Assembly: GCA_963717525.1 (NCBI GenBank)
Contig: OY970343.1
Span: forward strand, 1,088,001 to 1,152,000
Length of the DNA: 64,000 nucleotides
From: an uncultured Methanoregulaceae archaeon
Lineage (GTDB): Archaea; Halobacteriota; Methanomicrobia; Methanomicrobiales; Methanospirillaceae
Direction of reading: 5' to 3'
The position numbers and the translations under genes were made by a program. Below are positions 1 through 11,350 of this stretch, piece by piece. The stretch's first letter is position 1. The number at the start of each line of letters is the position of its first letter. Under the pieces are notes generated by a model. That model made no database searches. It had not been told where the DNA came from and worked only from the letters and a program-made list of their open reading frames with translations.

Positions 1-551
1 TCACAGTGCACGGCATCCCCGAGCCGTGCGACCAGCTCTGCATCAGCCATGCTCCGGTCCACCCGGGCATGACGGCCGACATCCCCGAGCCGGCCACCGG
101 AAAGAACACCCACTTTCTCCGGAAGGCCGAACCGGCGTGCAACCAGCCGGCCTTTCCGGATCAGGGCCAGTTTATCGGCAACCGTCCACCCTTCATCGAT
201 TCCCACGGGAGCAAACAGGAATTTTTTCCCGTCCGCGGTCTCCAGAAGGGCAATCCGCTCCAAGTGATCAACTCCTGCGGCAGTCTTGAGCGCCTGCAGG
301 GTGGCCTTTGCCGGCAGCGTGCCCCTGACTGCCGCATCAATCGCGCCGGTCATCAGGTCGGAAACAAGGGCCGTTTCCGGAGAGGTGCTCTCAGAAACCC
401 GGATATTTTTATGGTCTTCAGGCACCTTCGCAGTGCCCGGGCGGGAATAACAGACAATATCGCACGGAACGCTGACCCGGCATGCACTCCCAATGACTTT
501 TTCTGCGTCGGCACCAGCACCGATCCCGATCGTTTTTACCGCTGCCTGCAT
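1..551 (-). CDS. mtxX: Methanogenesis marker protein 4 / MtxX family (3' end outside window)
   Basis: Manual translation from ATG at 551: MQAAVKTIGIG...DAAVRGTLPA...FLFAPVGIDEG...VGVLSGGRLGDVGR; overlaps the end of the marker 2 gene. Confidence 0.8.
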   Translation of the reverse strand, partial: MQAAVKTIGIGAGADAEKVIGSACRVSVPCDIVCYSRPGTAKVPEDHKNIRVSESTSPETALVSDLMTGAIDAAVRGTLPAKATLQALKTAAGVDHLERIALLETADGKKFLFAPVGIDEGWTVADKLALIRKGRLVARRFGLPEKVGVLSGGRLGDVGRHARVDRSMADAELVARLGDAVHC

Positions 552-1552
552 GGGGCCTCACCGGGAGAGAGGCAGGTGATCCCGTTTTTGATAAAATCAA
601 AGACCTGCGCCTCGTTCCCGTCATACCGGATTCTGAGCTGGCGCGTCGCATCCACAATGCCGATGTCCCGGGCGGTCATGCCGACGGCAGCAAAGCGCCT
701 GACAAGTTCCTGTACATGTTCTTCGCGTGCAGTCAGGACAAAACCCATACCGGGGTACATCTTCACCCACTGCTCGAACGTCATATTGTTTGCCGCGAGA
801 TCGGGTTTTGGCACACGACCGAGATCAAGTTCGGCCCCTTTGCCACTCACCTCAAGGAGCATCCCCAGCGTCCCGATGAGGCCGGGGTTGCTGATATCTT
901 TTCCCGCCGTGACGAGGTGGTCCCTCCCGATCTCCTCGAGAAGACCGATCTGCGCACGCACCTGTGAGGCTGATTTCATGGTCACCGAGTCCCAGTTGAG
1001 CGCACAGGACGGATGGACGCGGCCGGTAAGATCAATGGCGGCGATGATGCGGTCACCTACCTGTGCGGTGTTGGAATAAATGATTGAGTCCAGCCGGGCA
1101 GACCCGAGGATCGAAACATCGATCACGCTGTACGGCGCATCTGGGTGAAGATGCCCCCCGACAATCGGCACGCCGAACTGCGCGGAAGCGTCATGCATCC
1201 CCCGTACAACCTGTTCGTGGATGCGGGTCTCCTTTGGCATCGAGAAGACATCCACCATTGCGATCGGCCTTCCACCCATAGCGGCAATGTCGTGGATGTT
1301 GACAAGGACCGAGCAGTAGCCGGCCCAGTAGGGATCTGCCTCCATGAGCCGACTCCAGATGCCATCAGCGGCAAGGAGAAGAGCCTCGCCGTTGTGCTCG
1401 ATAACCGCTGCGTCCTCGCCAAAGGATGCGAGGACATGGGGTGCATCGATCCGGAGGGCCTGGACTAATTCGCCGATTGCATGTTTCCGCTTTACGCCTT
1501 CATATTCCCTGATCACGTGCGCGATCTTTGTAGTGGAACAGTCAGAAACCAC
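536..1552 (-). CDS. Methanogenesis marker 2 protein (AIR synthase-related)
   Basis: YEGVKRK, SFGEDAAVI, LLAADGIW, NIHDIAAMGG, GGHLHP, GKDISNPG motifs; probable start GTG near 1552 rather than 1681. Confidence 0.85.
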   Translation of the reverse strand: MVSDCSTTKIAHVIREYEGVKRKHAIGELVQALRIDAPHVLASFGEDAAVIEHNGEALLLAADGIWSRLMEADPYWAGYCSVLVNIHDIAAMGGRPIAMVDVFSMPKETRIHEQVVRGMHDASAQFGVPIVGGHLHPDAPYSVIDVSILGSARLDSIIYSNTAQVGDRIIAAIDLTGRVHPSCALNWDSVTMKSASQVRAQIGLLEEIGRDHLVTAGKDISNPGLIGTLGMLLEVSGKGAELDLGRVPKPDLAANNMTFEQWVKMYPGMGFVLTAREEHVQELVRRFAAVGMTARDIGIVDATRQLRIRYDGNEAQVFDFIKNGITCLSPGEAPCRQR

Positions 1553-1648
1553 ACTTGTCACCCGGGTATGCACCACTGGATAAATACTGTACGCTATGTG
1601 TGGGCTCATCAGAGATAATTTATTTGATGCGGGGTCGACTCCTGTGGT

Positions 1649-3093
1649 ATGGAGTGGGCAGAGAAATACCGGCCGGAACACCTCGCGGATATCGTCGGCA
1701 ACACGAGCGCGATCCGCCAGATGGCCGACTGGGCCCGGACCTGGACATCACGGTCAAAACCTCTCCTCCTGTACGGCAAGCCGGGTATCGGCAAGACTTC
1801 CAGTGTCTACGCACTCGCCCGGGACATGAACTGGGATGTAATCGAGCTCAACGCGAGTGACCAGAGGACAGCAGCCGTTATCGAGCGTATCGCCGGCGCC
1901 GGAAGCACCACCGCAAGCCTGACCGGTTCGTTAAGAAAACTGATTGTGATGGACGAAGCCGACAATCTCCAGGGGAATGCCGACCGGGGCGGGGCAAGAG
2001 CGATCATCGAGTGCATAAAAAACGCCCGGCAGCCCATGATCCTGATCGCAAACGATCTCTACGGCCTTGCCCCGGAGCTCCGCCTGCGCTGCGAGCCGGT
2101 ACAGTTCAGGGCCATCCCGGCACGCTCGATCGCCCCCCGTCTCAGGTTCATCTGCGCAGCTGAGAAGGTTGCCTGTTCGGAAGCGGCGGTTCACGAGATT
2201 GCCGAGAGTGCCGAAGGAGACGTGCGCTCTGCGGTGAACATGCTCTATGCCTCGGCTATCGGGAGGACATCGCTTGCCGGTGAGCAGGTACACACCTCCC
2301 AGAAGGATGAACGGGTCTCGATCTTCTCGCTGGTGACCGCCGTTTTCGGGAAGGCAACGGACGAGGAACTGATGGAAACGGCACGGAATGTCGATGACAC
2401 TCCCGAGGACATCGTGCAGTGGGTTGAGGGAAGCGTGCACACGCTTACCGATTCCGATGCGGTAAGGCGGGCCTACCGCTCACTCGCACGTGCCGACGAG
2501 TACATCGGCTATACCTACCGGCGCCAGTACTACACGCTCTGGCGGTACGCGACCGCGGTGATGATTCTTGGCGTTGCCGAAGCATCCTGCGGGAAAGGTA
2601 TCCACACCCGGATTCTGCCCCGGAACGCTGGCAGAAGATGTCCACGGCAAAAAAACAGAAGGCGATCCGCGCCTCCGTACTCTCCCGCCTGGCCGCTACG
2701 ATGCAGCTCCCCCAGGCCACCCTGCGCGAGAAGTACCTGGACATCATCACCCTTCTTGTCGAGCTCGATCCCGAAACCTTCACCCGGGAGCTAATGCTGG
2801 ACACAGAAGGGCTCAACTTCTTCTTAAACGACCGTGCCCGTGCACAGGAGATCGTGAAGTCCGTGGTAAAAGCGGAGCGCGGAAAGGAACCGGAGCAGAA
2901 AAAGACGGGCAGGAAAATGACAGACGCAGCGGGAGGGGAGACCAACCCTGCCCCGCCTGCTGACACCATGCCCCCAAAAGAGCAGCCCCGAGCACCGACG
3001 AAGGAAGAGACACCGATGGATCCCCCGGAACCGGATGCGCCTGACAGGAAACCGGTGGCCAATAATCAGTCAACGCTTTTCGACGGGTTCTGA
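1649..3093 (+). CDS. rfcL: Replication factor C large subunit (split by a 1-nt deletion near 2619, likely sequencing error)
   Basis: WAEKYRP, Walker [15 protein letters not shown], Walker B MDEAD, C-terminal PIP box QSTLFDGF in the 2638..3093 frame; adding one C at CCCCGG joins the frames (ILPPERWQKM). Confidence 0.92.
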
Positions 3094-3491
3094 CCGCGCC
3101 GGTAATAGAAGTGGAGTGGCACGCCACAGTCGACGATAGCTCCACCGTCCCTGTAGGATTCAAAACCGAGATGGTAAACGACGAGATCGCAGTCGAGCGT
3201 TCGGGCGAGCGCGATTAAAGGGGGGATCATCTCTTCTGCCGGGCGAAGGGCATACATGACGTCGGCGCCCGTATAGCAGGAAAGGTCGGGCGAAAAGATG
3301 TCGTCCCGGGCGAAGGGCAGCCAGTCAGGAAGCCGGCACGCGCGGATATCGGTGGCCCGGATGCGGCACCCGGCCTCGTGGACGCACTGCGCGGCATCGG
3401 GATTGTCCCCCACTCCGACTTCGACGGGATTTTTATAGTGTGATGCAATAAATGCCCCGCAACAGTGCTCAATATGTTTATAGCCGTCCAT
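3066..3491 (-). CDS. UPF0146 family protein
   Basis: VEVGVG, DDIFSP, YALRP..EM..PL motifs; typical neighbour of rfcL and archaemetzincin. Confidence 0.8.
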   Translation of the reverse strand: MDGYKHIEHCCGAFIASHYKNPVEVGVGDNPDAAQCVHEAGCRIRATDIRACRLPDWLPFARDDIFSPDLSCYTGADVMYALRPAEEMIPPLIALARTLDCDLVVYHLGFESYRDGGAIVDCGVPLHFYYRRGQNPSKSVD

Positions 3492-3507
3492 CCAATAGAC
3501 ATGAGCG

Positions 3508-4059
3508 ATGCGGCTCCATATTTTTTGGGATCAGCTCTCCCCGGAAGGCCTGCAACTGCCGGCCGGCCGGATGATCTCGGCAGTCACCGGACTCCCTGCC
3601 GATGTTGTCGATAATCCCGTGCGTATCATGGGGTTTGAGAATTCGCGTAAGCAGATCGATGCCCAGGTGCAGCTGGACTATCTCGCGGCTTACAAGCACC
3701 AGCACCGGATAGCTGACCCCATCCTGCTCGTGGTCAGTCAGGACCTCTTCAACCGCGGCCATTCCACCCTTTTCGGCCTTGCGCGGGAATCCGCGGGAGT
3801 GGCGGCGGTATCGACGGCCCGGCTGGCAAATGAATATTATGGGCTGGAAGCGTCCGATGACGCCCTGATCGACCGGATCGTCACAGAAGGGGCGCATGAA
3901 GTCGGCCACCTGCTGGGACTTCCTCACTGCACGAACCGCGAGTGCATCATGTTCTGCCCGGATACACTCGACGAACTCAATGGGAAAAAGAAGAGATTCT
4001 GTGATGCCTGCCACAAGCAGCTCGAACAGAAACTCATACCAGAGATCGACCAGATCTGA
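3508..4059 (+). CDS. amzA: Archaemetzincin Zn-dependent metalloprotease
   Basis: HEVGHLLGLPHC...CIM...FCDAC zinc/Cys signature. Confidence 0.88.
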   Translation: MRLHIFWDQLSPEGLQLPAGRMISAVTGLPADVVDNPVRIMGFENSRKQIDAQVQLDYLAAYKHQHRIADPILLVVSQDLFNRGHSTLFGLARESAGVAAVSTARLANEYYGLEASDDALIDRIVTEGAHEVGHLLGLPHCTNRECIMFCPDTLDELNGKKKRFCDACHKQLEQKLIPEIDQI

Positions 4060-4089
4060 TGGATCTTTTATTCTTTTCTGCAGGAAAAA

Positions 4090-4680
4090 TCACGCGATCA
4101 GGGGCAGGATCTCGATCTCCATGGTGCTGATCCTCTCGTAGATCCTCTTGAGCCGGATGATCGGCCAGAGCTGGTACAGGAGTGTGGTAACCGGCTGCCA
4201 CATCGCCACCCAGCCGATGATCAGGAGCGCATAGGAGATGAGCTGGAGAGCGATAGAGGAGGAATTCATGCTTGCGACAATCTGGCTGGCGACAAGGGCT
4301 ATTGCGAGGAACGAAAGCCCGACAATAAGGCTGAACCGGCCGAACCGGAATTTTGCCCGGAACTTCCGCTCCGTCACCAGCATCCGGTACTGGAAATGGT
4401 TGTGGATGGCGGGAATGATCTTCTTTGCCTCCTCGCTCGCTGCAATGGCAGGGGGGAGGAAGATATGGATCATAAATTTTGTCTTTGCCGGAAAGTCCTG
4501 GACCGTATCCACAATATAGCCTTCTGCTTCAGAATCGAGCTCTTTTTCGTAGAAGGGGGCAGGATCAAAGGAGTTGAAGAGCTGGATTACGGAGGTCAGC
4601 TTGATCTCGATTAAGACCCTGCCGTCCTTCTGGCGGTACATCGATTCGATGGTGGGCACCGGCTCTGATGCAAGAGGCAT
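4090..4680 (-). CDS. Conserved hypothetical membrane protein (2 C-terminal TM helices)
   Basis: QLFNSFDPAPF..KELD, IIGWVAMWQP motifs; hydrophobic C-terminal half. Confidence 0.65.
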   Translation of the reverse strand: MPLASEPVPTIESMYRQKDGRVLIEIKLTSVIQLFNSFDPAPFYEKELDSEAEGYIVDTVQDFPAKTKFMIHIFLPPAIAASEEAKKIIPAIHNHFQYRMLVTERKFRAKFRFGRFSLIVGLSFLAIALVASQIVASMNSSSIALQLISYALLIIGWVAMWQPVTTLLYQLWPIIRLKRIYERISTMEIEILPLIA

Positions 4681-4825
4681 ACTGTTTTTATACAGCGGCT
4701 GAACCAATAAATTCTGCGAACGGCCGGATGTCACCCATAATACGGCCGGAAATAATGGGAAAAATTTTCCAAAAAAAACAGGAATCTCAAAAGGCGGGAA
4801 GAATCCGGGACACCGGGTGCCCGGC

Positions 4826-5394
4826 TTATTCCTTTTCCTTCACGTACTGGATGCCTTCAGGCTCCCGGTAATCGGTTTTTATCACGATCGTGTTGGAGAT
4901 CCGGTTGAAAACCCGGAGTTTTGTCTGAGGCATCGCGAGCCACCCGATCAGGCAGTCGAGGGCAAGGACGAGAATAAACGCCTTTCCCAGACTTTCGATG
5001 GCAGCTGTCCCCCCGTGGATCCGCGTCCCGTCGCGGTTCACGACCCGGATGTTCATCACCATCTTGCCGATCGACTGCCCCTTGTAGCTCTCAAAAATGG
5101 TCCAGTACAGGAAGAAAAAGAGCGAATGGAAACCGAGATCCAGGAGCCTCCCGTTCAGGATTTCCCAAAAGGGATGAATCGCCCCAAAGATAATCGAATC
5201 AACAATATTCAGGAGAAGGAGAACGAGGATGATATCGATCAGCCATGCCCAGAACCGGATGGACCAGTTTGCGAGGTGAAGGGTTCTGGCATGTTCCAGT
5301 CGCGGACGCTCCTCTTCTGTCACGGGCGGGGAAACAGCTGCCGGTGCGGGACCGGTTCCGGTAACTGGGTCGTCCCCGGGAATTCTGCTGTCAT
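4826..5394 (-). CDS. RDD family membrane protein (probable 1-nt deletion near 5345; intact ORF 4826..5323)
   Basis: RFWAWLID, GQSIGKMVMNIRVV; upstream ATG at 5394 is one base out of frame. Confidence 0.75.
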
Positions 5395-5541
5395 AATGCC
5401 TGATCTATACGCACCGGAAGGGAATGAACCTTTGCGGATCCGGCTTCATTTTTGCCCCGGTTGTCTTTCCCTGGGGAACAACCCTTTTTATGAGAAGATG
5501 CAATACTTAAAAAATCAGGCAGACTCCAGAGGAAGTAAACC

Positions 5542-6627
5542 ATGACCGAATCAGTCATCACCGAATTTACCGGGAGCCAGCGGGAATCAATCAGCCGGGT
5601 ATACCGGTACAGCCCGGGCGGGGTCAGGGTGCTGGACAGCCATGACGTGACGCGGAGGCTGTACCGGTTCGACCCGGCCACGAACACAATGACGGAGAAC
5701 GATCCCGGACAGCCGAATAAGATTCTCCGCCGGTTCGTCTTTGACAACTACGGGATGCTCGAAGAGACCTTCTCGTTCGGGAGCCCGCCCCGGACCTACC
5801 GGTACGAGGCCGGGGGCCGCCAGATTGTGATGCGGGAAGGCGGGGATTATGGTGCCGTGGGAAAGACATTCTCCTTCGAGGGCAGCGGGGTGGCCGAGAC
5901 CGCGTTCGGGCGCGACGGCAGCATAGAACGGGTCTATGTGTTCGACCCCCGGAACAAGACAATCACCATCCGTAAGGGAGGGTGGTACGGCGATGTGGAG
6001 CGGCAGCTGTTCTTTGATCGGCTGGACGTATCGGTCTTCTGCGAACTTGAGGCCTTCCTCCAGTTTTTGATGTTCTCCGAGAAGAGTGCCCGCGAAACAG
6101 AGGCGGAGATCGATGAGCAGGTGCAGAAGATCCGGGCCTCAGCGCCCGGCCAGGGCAGGTTTGCGTACACGGGCCAGCGCCACGCGTCCGCCGAAACCAG
6201 CGGTGCGCAGGGCACGCCGGCGGCACGCGCCCCGTTGCACCCCGCGAGCCGGGGCACGGCCGCCGGCAGGGCAGGACGGGACGAGGCAGGGATTGATTTC
6301 ATCCCGGCTGCGGATTCGCCGCGGGACATCCCCCGGGGCGCTCCCGGCGCACGCGTGCAGAGCACGGCCATATCAATCGAGGAGAGGTTCCGGAGCGTGC
6401 GGGACGAAGACCGGACACTCACCGCAGGAAGAAGCGCAAGTATTCCTCTCGATGAACGGTTCCGGAGTTCCCGGGAAGAGGAGCGGACGCTCACCAAAGG
6501 GAGGAGTGCAAGCATCCCTCTGGAGGAGCGGTTCCAGAACGAGGAGAATGATAAGGACGAGCTTACCCCCGGGAGGAGCACCCAAATCTCCTACGAGGAG
6601 CGCAAGAAAGGGAGCCGGATGCAGTAA
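5542..6627 (+). CDS. Hypothetical protein with N-terminal beta-hairpin-like repeats and C-terminal 24-aa tandem repeats
   Basis: 361-aa ORF; repeats of the type GRSASIPLDERF. Confidence 0.65.
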   Translation: MTESVITEFTGSQRESISRVYRYSPGGVRVLDSHDVTRRLYRFDPATNTMTENDPGQPNKILRRFVFDNYGMLEETFSFGSPPRTYRYEAGGRQIVMREGGDYGAVGKTFSFEGSGVAETAFGRDGSIERVYVFDPRNKTITIRKGGWYGDVERQLFFDRLDVSVFCELEAFLQFLMFSEKSARETEAEIDEQVQKIRASAPGQGRFAYTGQRHASAETSGAQGTPAARAPLHPASRGTAAGRAGRDEAGIDFIPAADSPRDIPRGAPGARVQSTAISIEERFRSVRDEDRTLTAGRSASIPLDERFRSSREEERTLTKGRSASIPLEERFQNEENDKDELTPGRSTQISYEERKKGSRMQ

Positions 6628-6737
6628 GCCAGAGATCATATCTCCGGCACTTTTTTTTATAAATGTCGCCCCCCTCTTGCGCCACCAATCCCCCGGGGGG
6701 GACGGGGCGCATGGCGATGCATCCAGTATTACCTATA

Positions 6738-7759
6738 TGTATAGTGCCAGAGTTTCTGTCCTAAAACAGTGACAGTATTTATGTCCGCTTTCAAGAGCAC
6801 CGAAGAGGTGCTTGCGGGTGAAAGCGACCATGGAAATCAGAACCAAATCAGTCGTATTCTATGAAGAAGGAATACGAAGCGCACGAGAGATCGGAGAGAC
6901 GTATAGCATCTCCGAAAGGACGGTGAGACGCTGGGCCAAGGCCCATCGTGAAGACCTGGTGGATGGGTTGCGACCCAAAAAGACCGGGCCGAAACGATCC
7001 CCTCGGGCAATATCTCCGTCACTGGAACGACGAATTATCCGGCTCAAAGAGAAATATCCTGCATGGGGCGCCCGTCGTATCAAGTACCAGTTTGATCTGG
7101 CCTGTTCCTGGAGGACAGTCCATCGTATCCTCAAAAAGCATGGACTTCTCATTCGTGTCAAAGCAAAACCTCAGCCAGCCGGCAAACGATTCCAACGTCG
7201 TCACGTTGACAGCATGTGGCAGGGTGATACGTTCCAGTTTCGTATCCGGGGTGTCGGCAAGGTCTATGTCACCGGTTTTACTGATGACTGCTCCCGGTAT
7301 CGGGTGAAAAGCAAGGTCTATCTTCACAAAGATGCTGCATCAGCGGTCAACGCTCTTCGCTGGGCGCTCCGCACCGGACGAATCCCTCGTGAAATTTATC
7401 TCGATAATGGGAAACAGTTTGTCTCAAAAGTCTTCAAAGCTGAAGCACAGAAAAACGGTATCAAACTGATCTTCGGCCGGCCGTACAACCCGCGTGGCCG
7501 TGGCAAGATTGAACGGTATCACAAGACTCTCTATCAGGAACTCATTGCCCTCAAGGAATTCTATTCGTTAAGCCACTTCAAACGGGAACTCTGGTCCTTC
7601 GACCACCAGTACAACAACTGGAGAAAGCAGGAGATCCTGAACTGGATGACTCCGACATCAGTCTATCACAACGAAATTAATTTTAATAAAAACAGAAAAT
7701 GTCTATCAAGCGGACATAAACTCTGTCAACAAATCGGACATTAATTGTGGCACTCTACA
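6738..7759 (+). mobile_element. IS481-family insertion sequence, complete (1022 bp)
   Basis: TGT...ACA ends; left IR TGTATAGTGCCAGAGTTTCTGTCC vs right IR (rev-comp) TGTAGAGTGCCACAATTAATGTCC; 6-bp duplication CCTATA at 6732-6737 and 7760-7765. Confidence 0.93.
6812..7744 (+). CDS. IS481-family DDE transposase
   Basis: N-terminal HTH, WGARRI, WQGD, TDDCSRY, YLDNGKQF, GKIER, YNNWR. Confidence 0.92.
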   Translation: MRVKATMEIRTKSVVFYEEGIRSAREIGETYSISERTVRRWAKAHREDLVDGLRPKKTGPKRSPRAISPSLERRIIRLKEKYPAWGARRIKYQFDLACSWRTVHRILKKHGLLIRVKAKPQPAGKRFQRRHVDSMWQGDTFQFRIRGVGKVYVTGFTDDCSRYRVKSKVYLHKDAASAVNALRWALRTGRIPREIYLDNGKQFVSKVFKAEAQKNGIKLIFGRPYNPRGRGKIERYHKTLYQELIALKEFYSLSHFKRELWSFDHQYNNWRKQEILNWMTPTSVYHNEINFNKNRKCLSSGHKLCQQIGH

Positions 7760-7950
7760 CCTATACAAGAAAATCCTCAATCATTCCATTTTTATGTGCA
7801 GGTAATACGGCATCATCGCAACCAGAGGATGCCCGAGTGGCGGGGGCAGCAGCCCCTAAGAGCGTTCATCATCCATTTAGGATTATTTCTGCAGAGCTTG
7901 TGTTTAAAAAAAGAAGTGTTCTGCAGAGCCAAAACTCAAAGGAAGAAAAT

Positions 7951-8139
7951 TTAATGTTCATCGCACCGGAGCACGCCGGCGTGACCAATGTCTTCGAGGC
8001 TGTGTTCATCGATCATGATCGTGACGAGATCCGGGTCGATCTTCAGGGTTGAGACAAGGATATTCGTAAACTCTTTTACAATTTTGCGTTTCTGTTCCGT
8101 TGTCCAGCCTTTACGCACCTTGAGTATAACGACAGGCAT
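7951..8139 (-). CDS. 4-oxalocrotonate tautomerase family protein
   Basis: 62 aa, N-terminal Pro after Met, G.T.EQK, V.I.I.E, G.AG. Confidence 0.8.
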   Translation of the reverse strand: MPVVILKVRKGWTTEQKRKIVKEFTNILVSTLKIDPDLVTIMIDEHSLEDIGHAGVLRCDEH

Positions 8140-8303
8140 TGATTCACCTTATACCCGGAACTATTGGGAGGAGCCGGTATTTAGCCGCACACCCTGCCGG
8201 CACCTTTTGCAATTCCGAGTTTAAGGTGGTCCGACGATCTTTACTTTCATGCCCCGAAATATATCTCTTTAAATACCGGCGTCCATTGGTACCTCACACC
8301 AGC

Positions 8304-11114
8304 ATGAAAAACATCATCATTAAGGGTGCGCGCCAGCACAACCTGAAAAATATCAATGTGGAGATCCCCCGTGACAAGTTAATCGTGATAACGGGGGTCT
8401 CGGGCTCGGGTAAGTCGACCCTTGCGTTTGACACGCTCTATGCCGAAGGCCAGCGGCGGTACGTCGAGTCCCTCTCCTCCTACGCCCGGCAGTTCCTTGG
8501 CATGATGCAGAAGCCCGACGTGGATTCTATTGAAGGGCTTTCGCCAGCCATCTCGATCGAGCAGAAGACCACGTCCAAAAATCCCCGTTCGACCGTGGGG
8601 ACCACCACCGAGATCTACGATTATCTCCGGCTGCTCTTTGCCCGGATCGGGATGCCATACTGCCCGGAGCACAATATCCCGATTGCCGCTCAGAGCCCGG
8701 ACCGGATCGCCGACCAGATCGCCGCGGAGCACCCGGGCATGGTCACGGTCCTTGCTCCAATAGTCCGGCAGAAGAAAGGGACCTACCAGCAGCTGTTAAA
8801 AGACCTCAATAAGGAAGGCTATGCCCGGGTCCGGGTGAACAAAAAGATCATCCGCACCGATGAGGAAATGACCCTTGACCGGTACAAGAAGCAGGATATC
8901 GAGATCGTGATTGACCGGCTGGATACCTCCGACCGGTCCCGGCTGGCTGAGGCAGTCGAGAACACGCTCAAAAAGTCCGAGGGGCTCGTCCTTGTGGCCG
9001 ACGAGGAAGGAAAAGAATCGACCTACTCCTCGCTCCTTGCCTGCCCGGTCTGCGGCCTCGCCTTCGAGGAACTCCAGCCAAGGATGTTCTCGTTCAACAG
9101 CCCGTTCGGGGCCTGCGGGGAGTGCCACGGCCTTGGCGTCAAGATGGAGTTCGACGCCGATCTCATCATCCCCGACAAGGACCGGTGCATCGCGGACGGT
9201 GCAGTGGCGCCGTACCGGAACCCGATGGACGGCTTCAGGGGCCAGTACCTGGCAACGGTGGCAAAGCACTTCGGCTTTTCTGCCTTGACCCCGATAAAGG
9301 ACCTGGACGAGCGGCAGTATAATGCGCTGATGTACGGTTCAGGTGAGAGGATGCACTTCTCGATGAGCATGAAAAACGGGGATGCCCAGTGGTCGCACAA
9401 CGGCGAGTGGGAGGGCCTCCTGCCGCAGACCGCCCGGCTCTATGCCCAGACCCAGTCCGAGTGGCGGAAGCGGGAGCTGGAGAATTATATGCGGGTCTTC
9501 CCCTGCCCGGCCTGTAAGGGAAAGCGGCTCAAGGACAAGGTGCTCGCTGTCCGGATCAATGACAAATCGATCATCGATGTCACCGATCTCTCAGTCACTG
9601 CCTGCCTCGCGTACTTCGCCGGTCTCCGGCTCACCGAGAAAGAGGAGGGGATCGCCCGGCAAATCATCAAGGAGATCCGGTCGCGCCTGCTGTTCCTGGA
9701 AAAAGTCGGTCTCGGGTACCTGACACTCTCGCGGAACGCCGGGACGCTCTCCGGTGGGGAAGCGCAGCGGATCCGGCTTGCCACCCAGATCGGCTCGAAC
9801 CTGATGGGCGTACTCTACGTGCTCGACGAGCCTTCTATCGGGCTGCACCAGCGGGACAACCGGAAGCTGATCGGCACCCTGCGGACGCTGCGCGATATAG
9901 GAAACACGCTGATTGTCGTGGAGCACGATGAGGATATGATCCGCTCTGCCGACCATGTGATCGATATCGGCCCCGGCGCCGGGCTCCACGGGGGAGCGAT
10001 TGTAGCCGAAGGAACGCCGCAACAGATCGAGAAGAACAAGAAGTCCCTCACCGGGCAGTACCTCGCCGGGAAAAAGAAGATCGATGTACCCGGAACGCGC
10101 CGGAAGGCCAAAAAATATGTGACTGTCAAAGGCTGCAAAGAGAATAACCTGAAAAACATCGATGTGAAGATCCCGATCGGCCTCTTCTCGGTCGTGACCG
10201 GGGTCTCGGGCTCGGGCAAGTCCACGCTCGTCTACGACACGCTGTACAAGGGCATGATGCAGAAGCTGTACGGCTCCCGGGAGCAGGCGGGAGCGCACAC
10301 GGCGATCACGTTCGATTCCGAGATCGACAAGGTGATCGTGATCGACCAGAGCCCGATCGGCCGCACACCGCGCTCGAACCCGGCGACCTACACCAAGGTC
10401 TTCGACGAGATCCGGACGGTCTTTGCGGAGACAAAAGAGGCAAAGATGCGGGGCTACAAGCCCGGGCGGTTCTCGTTTAACATCAGGGGCGGGCGGTGCG
10501 AAGCCTGCGAAGGTGACGGCCTGATCAAGATCGAGATGAACTTCCTGCCCGATGTCTATATCGAGTGCGAGGAGTGCAAAGGCAAGCGCTACAACCGCGA
10601 GACGCTCGAAGTGAAATACAAAGGCAAGTCAATCGCGGACATTCTCGACATGAGCGTCGAGGAAGCGATGGCACTCTTCGAGAACATCCCCTCGATCCGG
10701 GGCAAGCTCGAGATGCTCTCCCGGGTCGGCCTCGATTATGTCAAGCTCGGCCAGAGCGCGACTACGCTTTCGGGCGGGGAGGCACAAAGGATCAAGCTCA
10801 CCCGGGAACTCGCGAAGAGGGCGACAGGAAAAACCCTGTACCTGCTGGACGAGCCGACCACCGGGCTCCACTTCGACGACACGAAGAAGCTGATCAAGGT
10901 GCTCGACGATCTCGTAGAGAAGGGCAACACCGTGGTCGTGATCGAGCACAACCTCGATGTGATCAAGTCAGCCGATTATCTCATCGATATCGGGCCCGAG
11001 GGAGGGGATGCCGGCGGCGAGATCGTGGCGACCGGGACACCGGAACACGTGGCTGCGGTACCGGAGAGTTACACCGGGCAGTTTTTGAAGACGATGCTTG
11101 AGAGGAAAGCTTAG
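8304..11114 (+). CDS. uvrA: Excinuclease ABC subunit A
   Basis: GARQHNLKN, two GVSGSGKS Walker A motifs, two LSGGEAQRI signatures, Zn fingers. Confidence 0.98.
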   Translation: MKNIIIKGARQHNLKNINVEIPRDKLIVITGVSGSGKSTLAFDTLYAEGQRRYVESLSSYARQFLGMMQKPDVDSIEGLSPAISIEQKTTSKNPRSTVGTTTEIYDYLRLLFARIGMPYCPEHNIPIAAQSPDRIADQIAAEHPGMVTVLAPIVRQKKGTYQQLLKDLNKEGYARVRVNKKIIRTDEEMTLDRYKKQDIEIVIDRLDTSDRSRLAEAVENTLKKSEGLVLVADEEGKESTYSSLLACPVCGLAFEELQPRMFSFNSPFGACGECHGLGVKMEFDADLIIPDKDRCIADGAVAPYRNPMDGFRGQYLATVAKHFGFSALTPIKDLDERQYNALMYGSGERMHFSMSMKNGDAQWSHNGEWEGLLPQTARLYAQTQSEWRKRELENYMRVFPCPACKGKRLKDKVLAVRINDKSIIDVTDLSVTACLAYFAGLRLTEKEEGIARQIIKEIRSRLLFLEKVGLGYLTLSRNAGTLSGGEAQRIRLATQIGSNLMGVLYVLDEPSIGLHQRDNRKLIGTLRTLRDIGNTLIVVEHDEDMIRSADHVIDIGPGAGLHGGAIVAEGTPQQIEKNKKSLTGQYLAGKKKIDVPGTRRKAKKYVTVKGCKENNLKNIDVKIPIGLFSVVTGVSGSGKSTLVYDTLYKGMMQKLYGSREQAGAHTAITFDSEIDKVIVIDQSPIGRTPRSNPATYTKVFDEIRTVFAETKEAKMRGYKPGRFSFNIRGGRCEACEGDGLIKIEMNFLPDVYIECEECKGKRYNRETLEVKYKGKSIADILDMSVEEAMALFENIPSIRGKLEMLSRVGLDYVKLGQSATTLSGGEAQRIKLTRELAKRATGKTLYLLDEPTTGLHFDDTKKLIKVLDDLVEKGNTVVVIEHNLDVIKSADYLIDIGPEGGDAGGEIVATGTPEHVAAVPESYTGQFLKTMLERKA

Positions 11115-11350
11115 ATCCTTGTGTATCTTTTTTCGGAATAGTGCGGATTGCTTTTTTATGAAATATTAGCGAAGGCTCCCTGCCTCTGGGCCCCTCATGA
11201 GGCATAGTGGGGCAGAGCATATGGCGAGTGATGAGGAGTTTACGCATGAAATGATAGGGATAGAAGCGTAGAAATATACGGTGCGTAGTTAGTGAGAGCC
11301 ATACATTCAATAATCCATAGAACAATTATTCCAATAAATCGACTAGGTAA

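Noticed and set aside
6..1079. Long antisense or shadow ORFs (e.g. 6..1079, 4817..5545, 5934..6581, 9591..10298, 32116..32994)
   Set aside because: They overlap well-supported genes and are expected in GC-rich coding DNA.
2600..2640. Programmed frameshift or real split of rfcL
   Set aside because: No slippery heptamer; a single missing C in a C-run, matching many other indels in the window.
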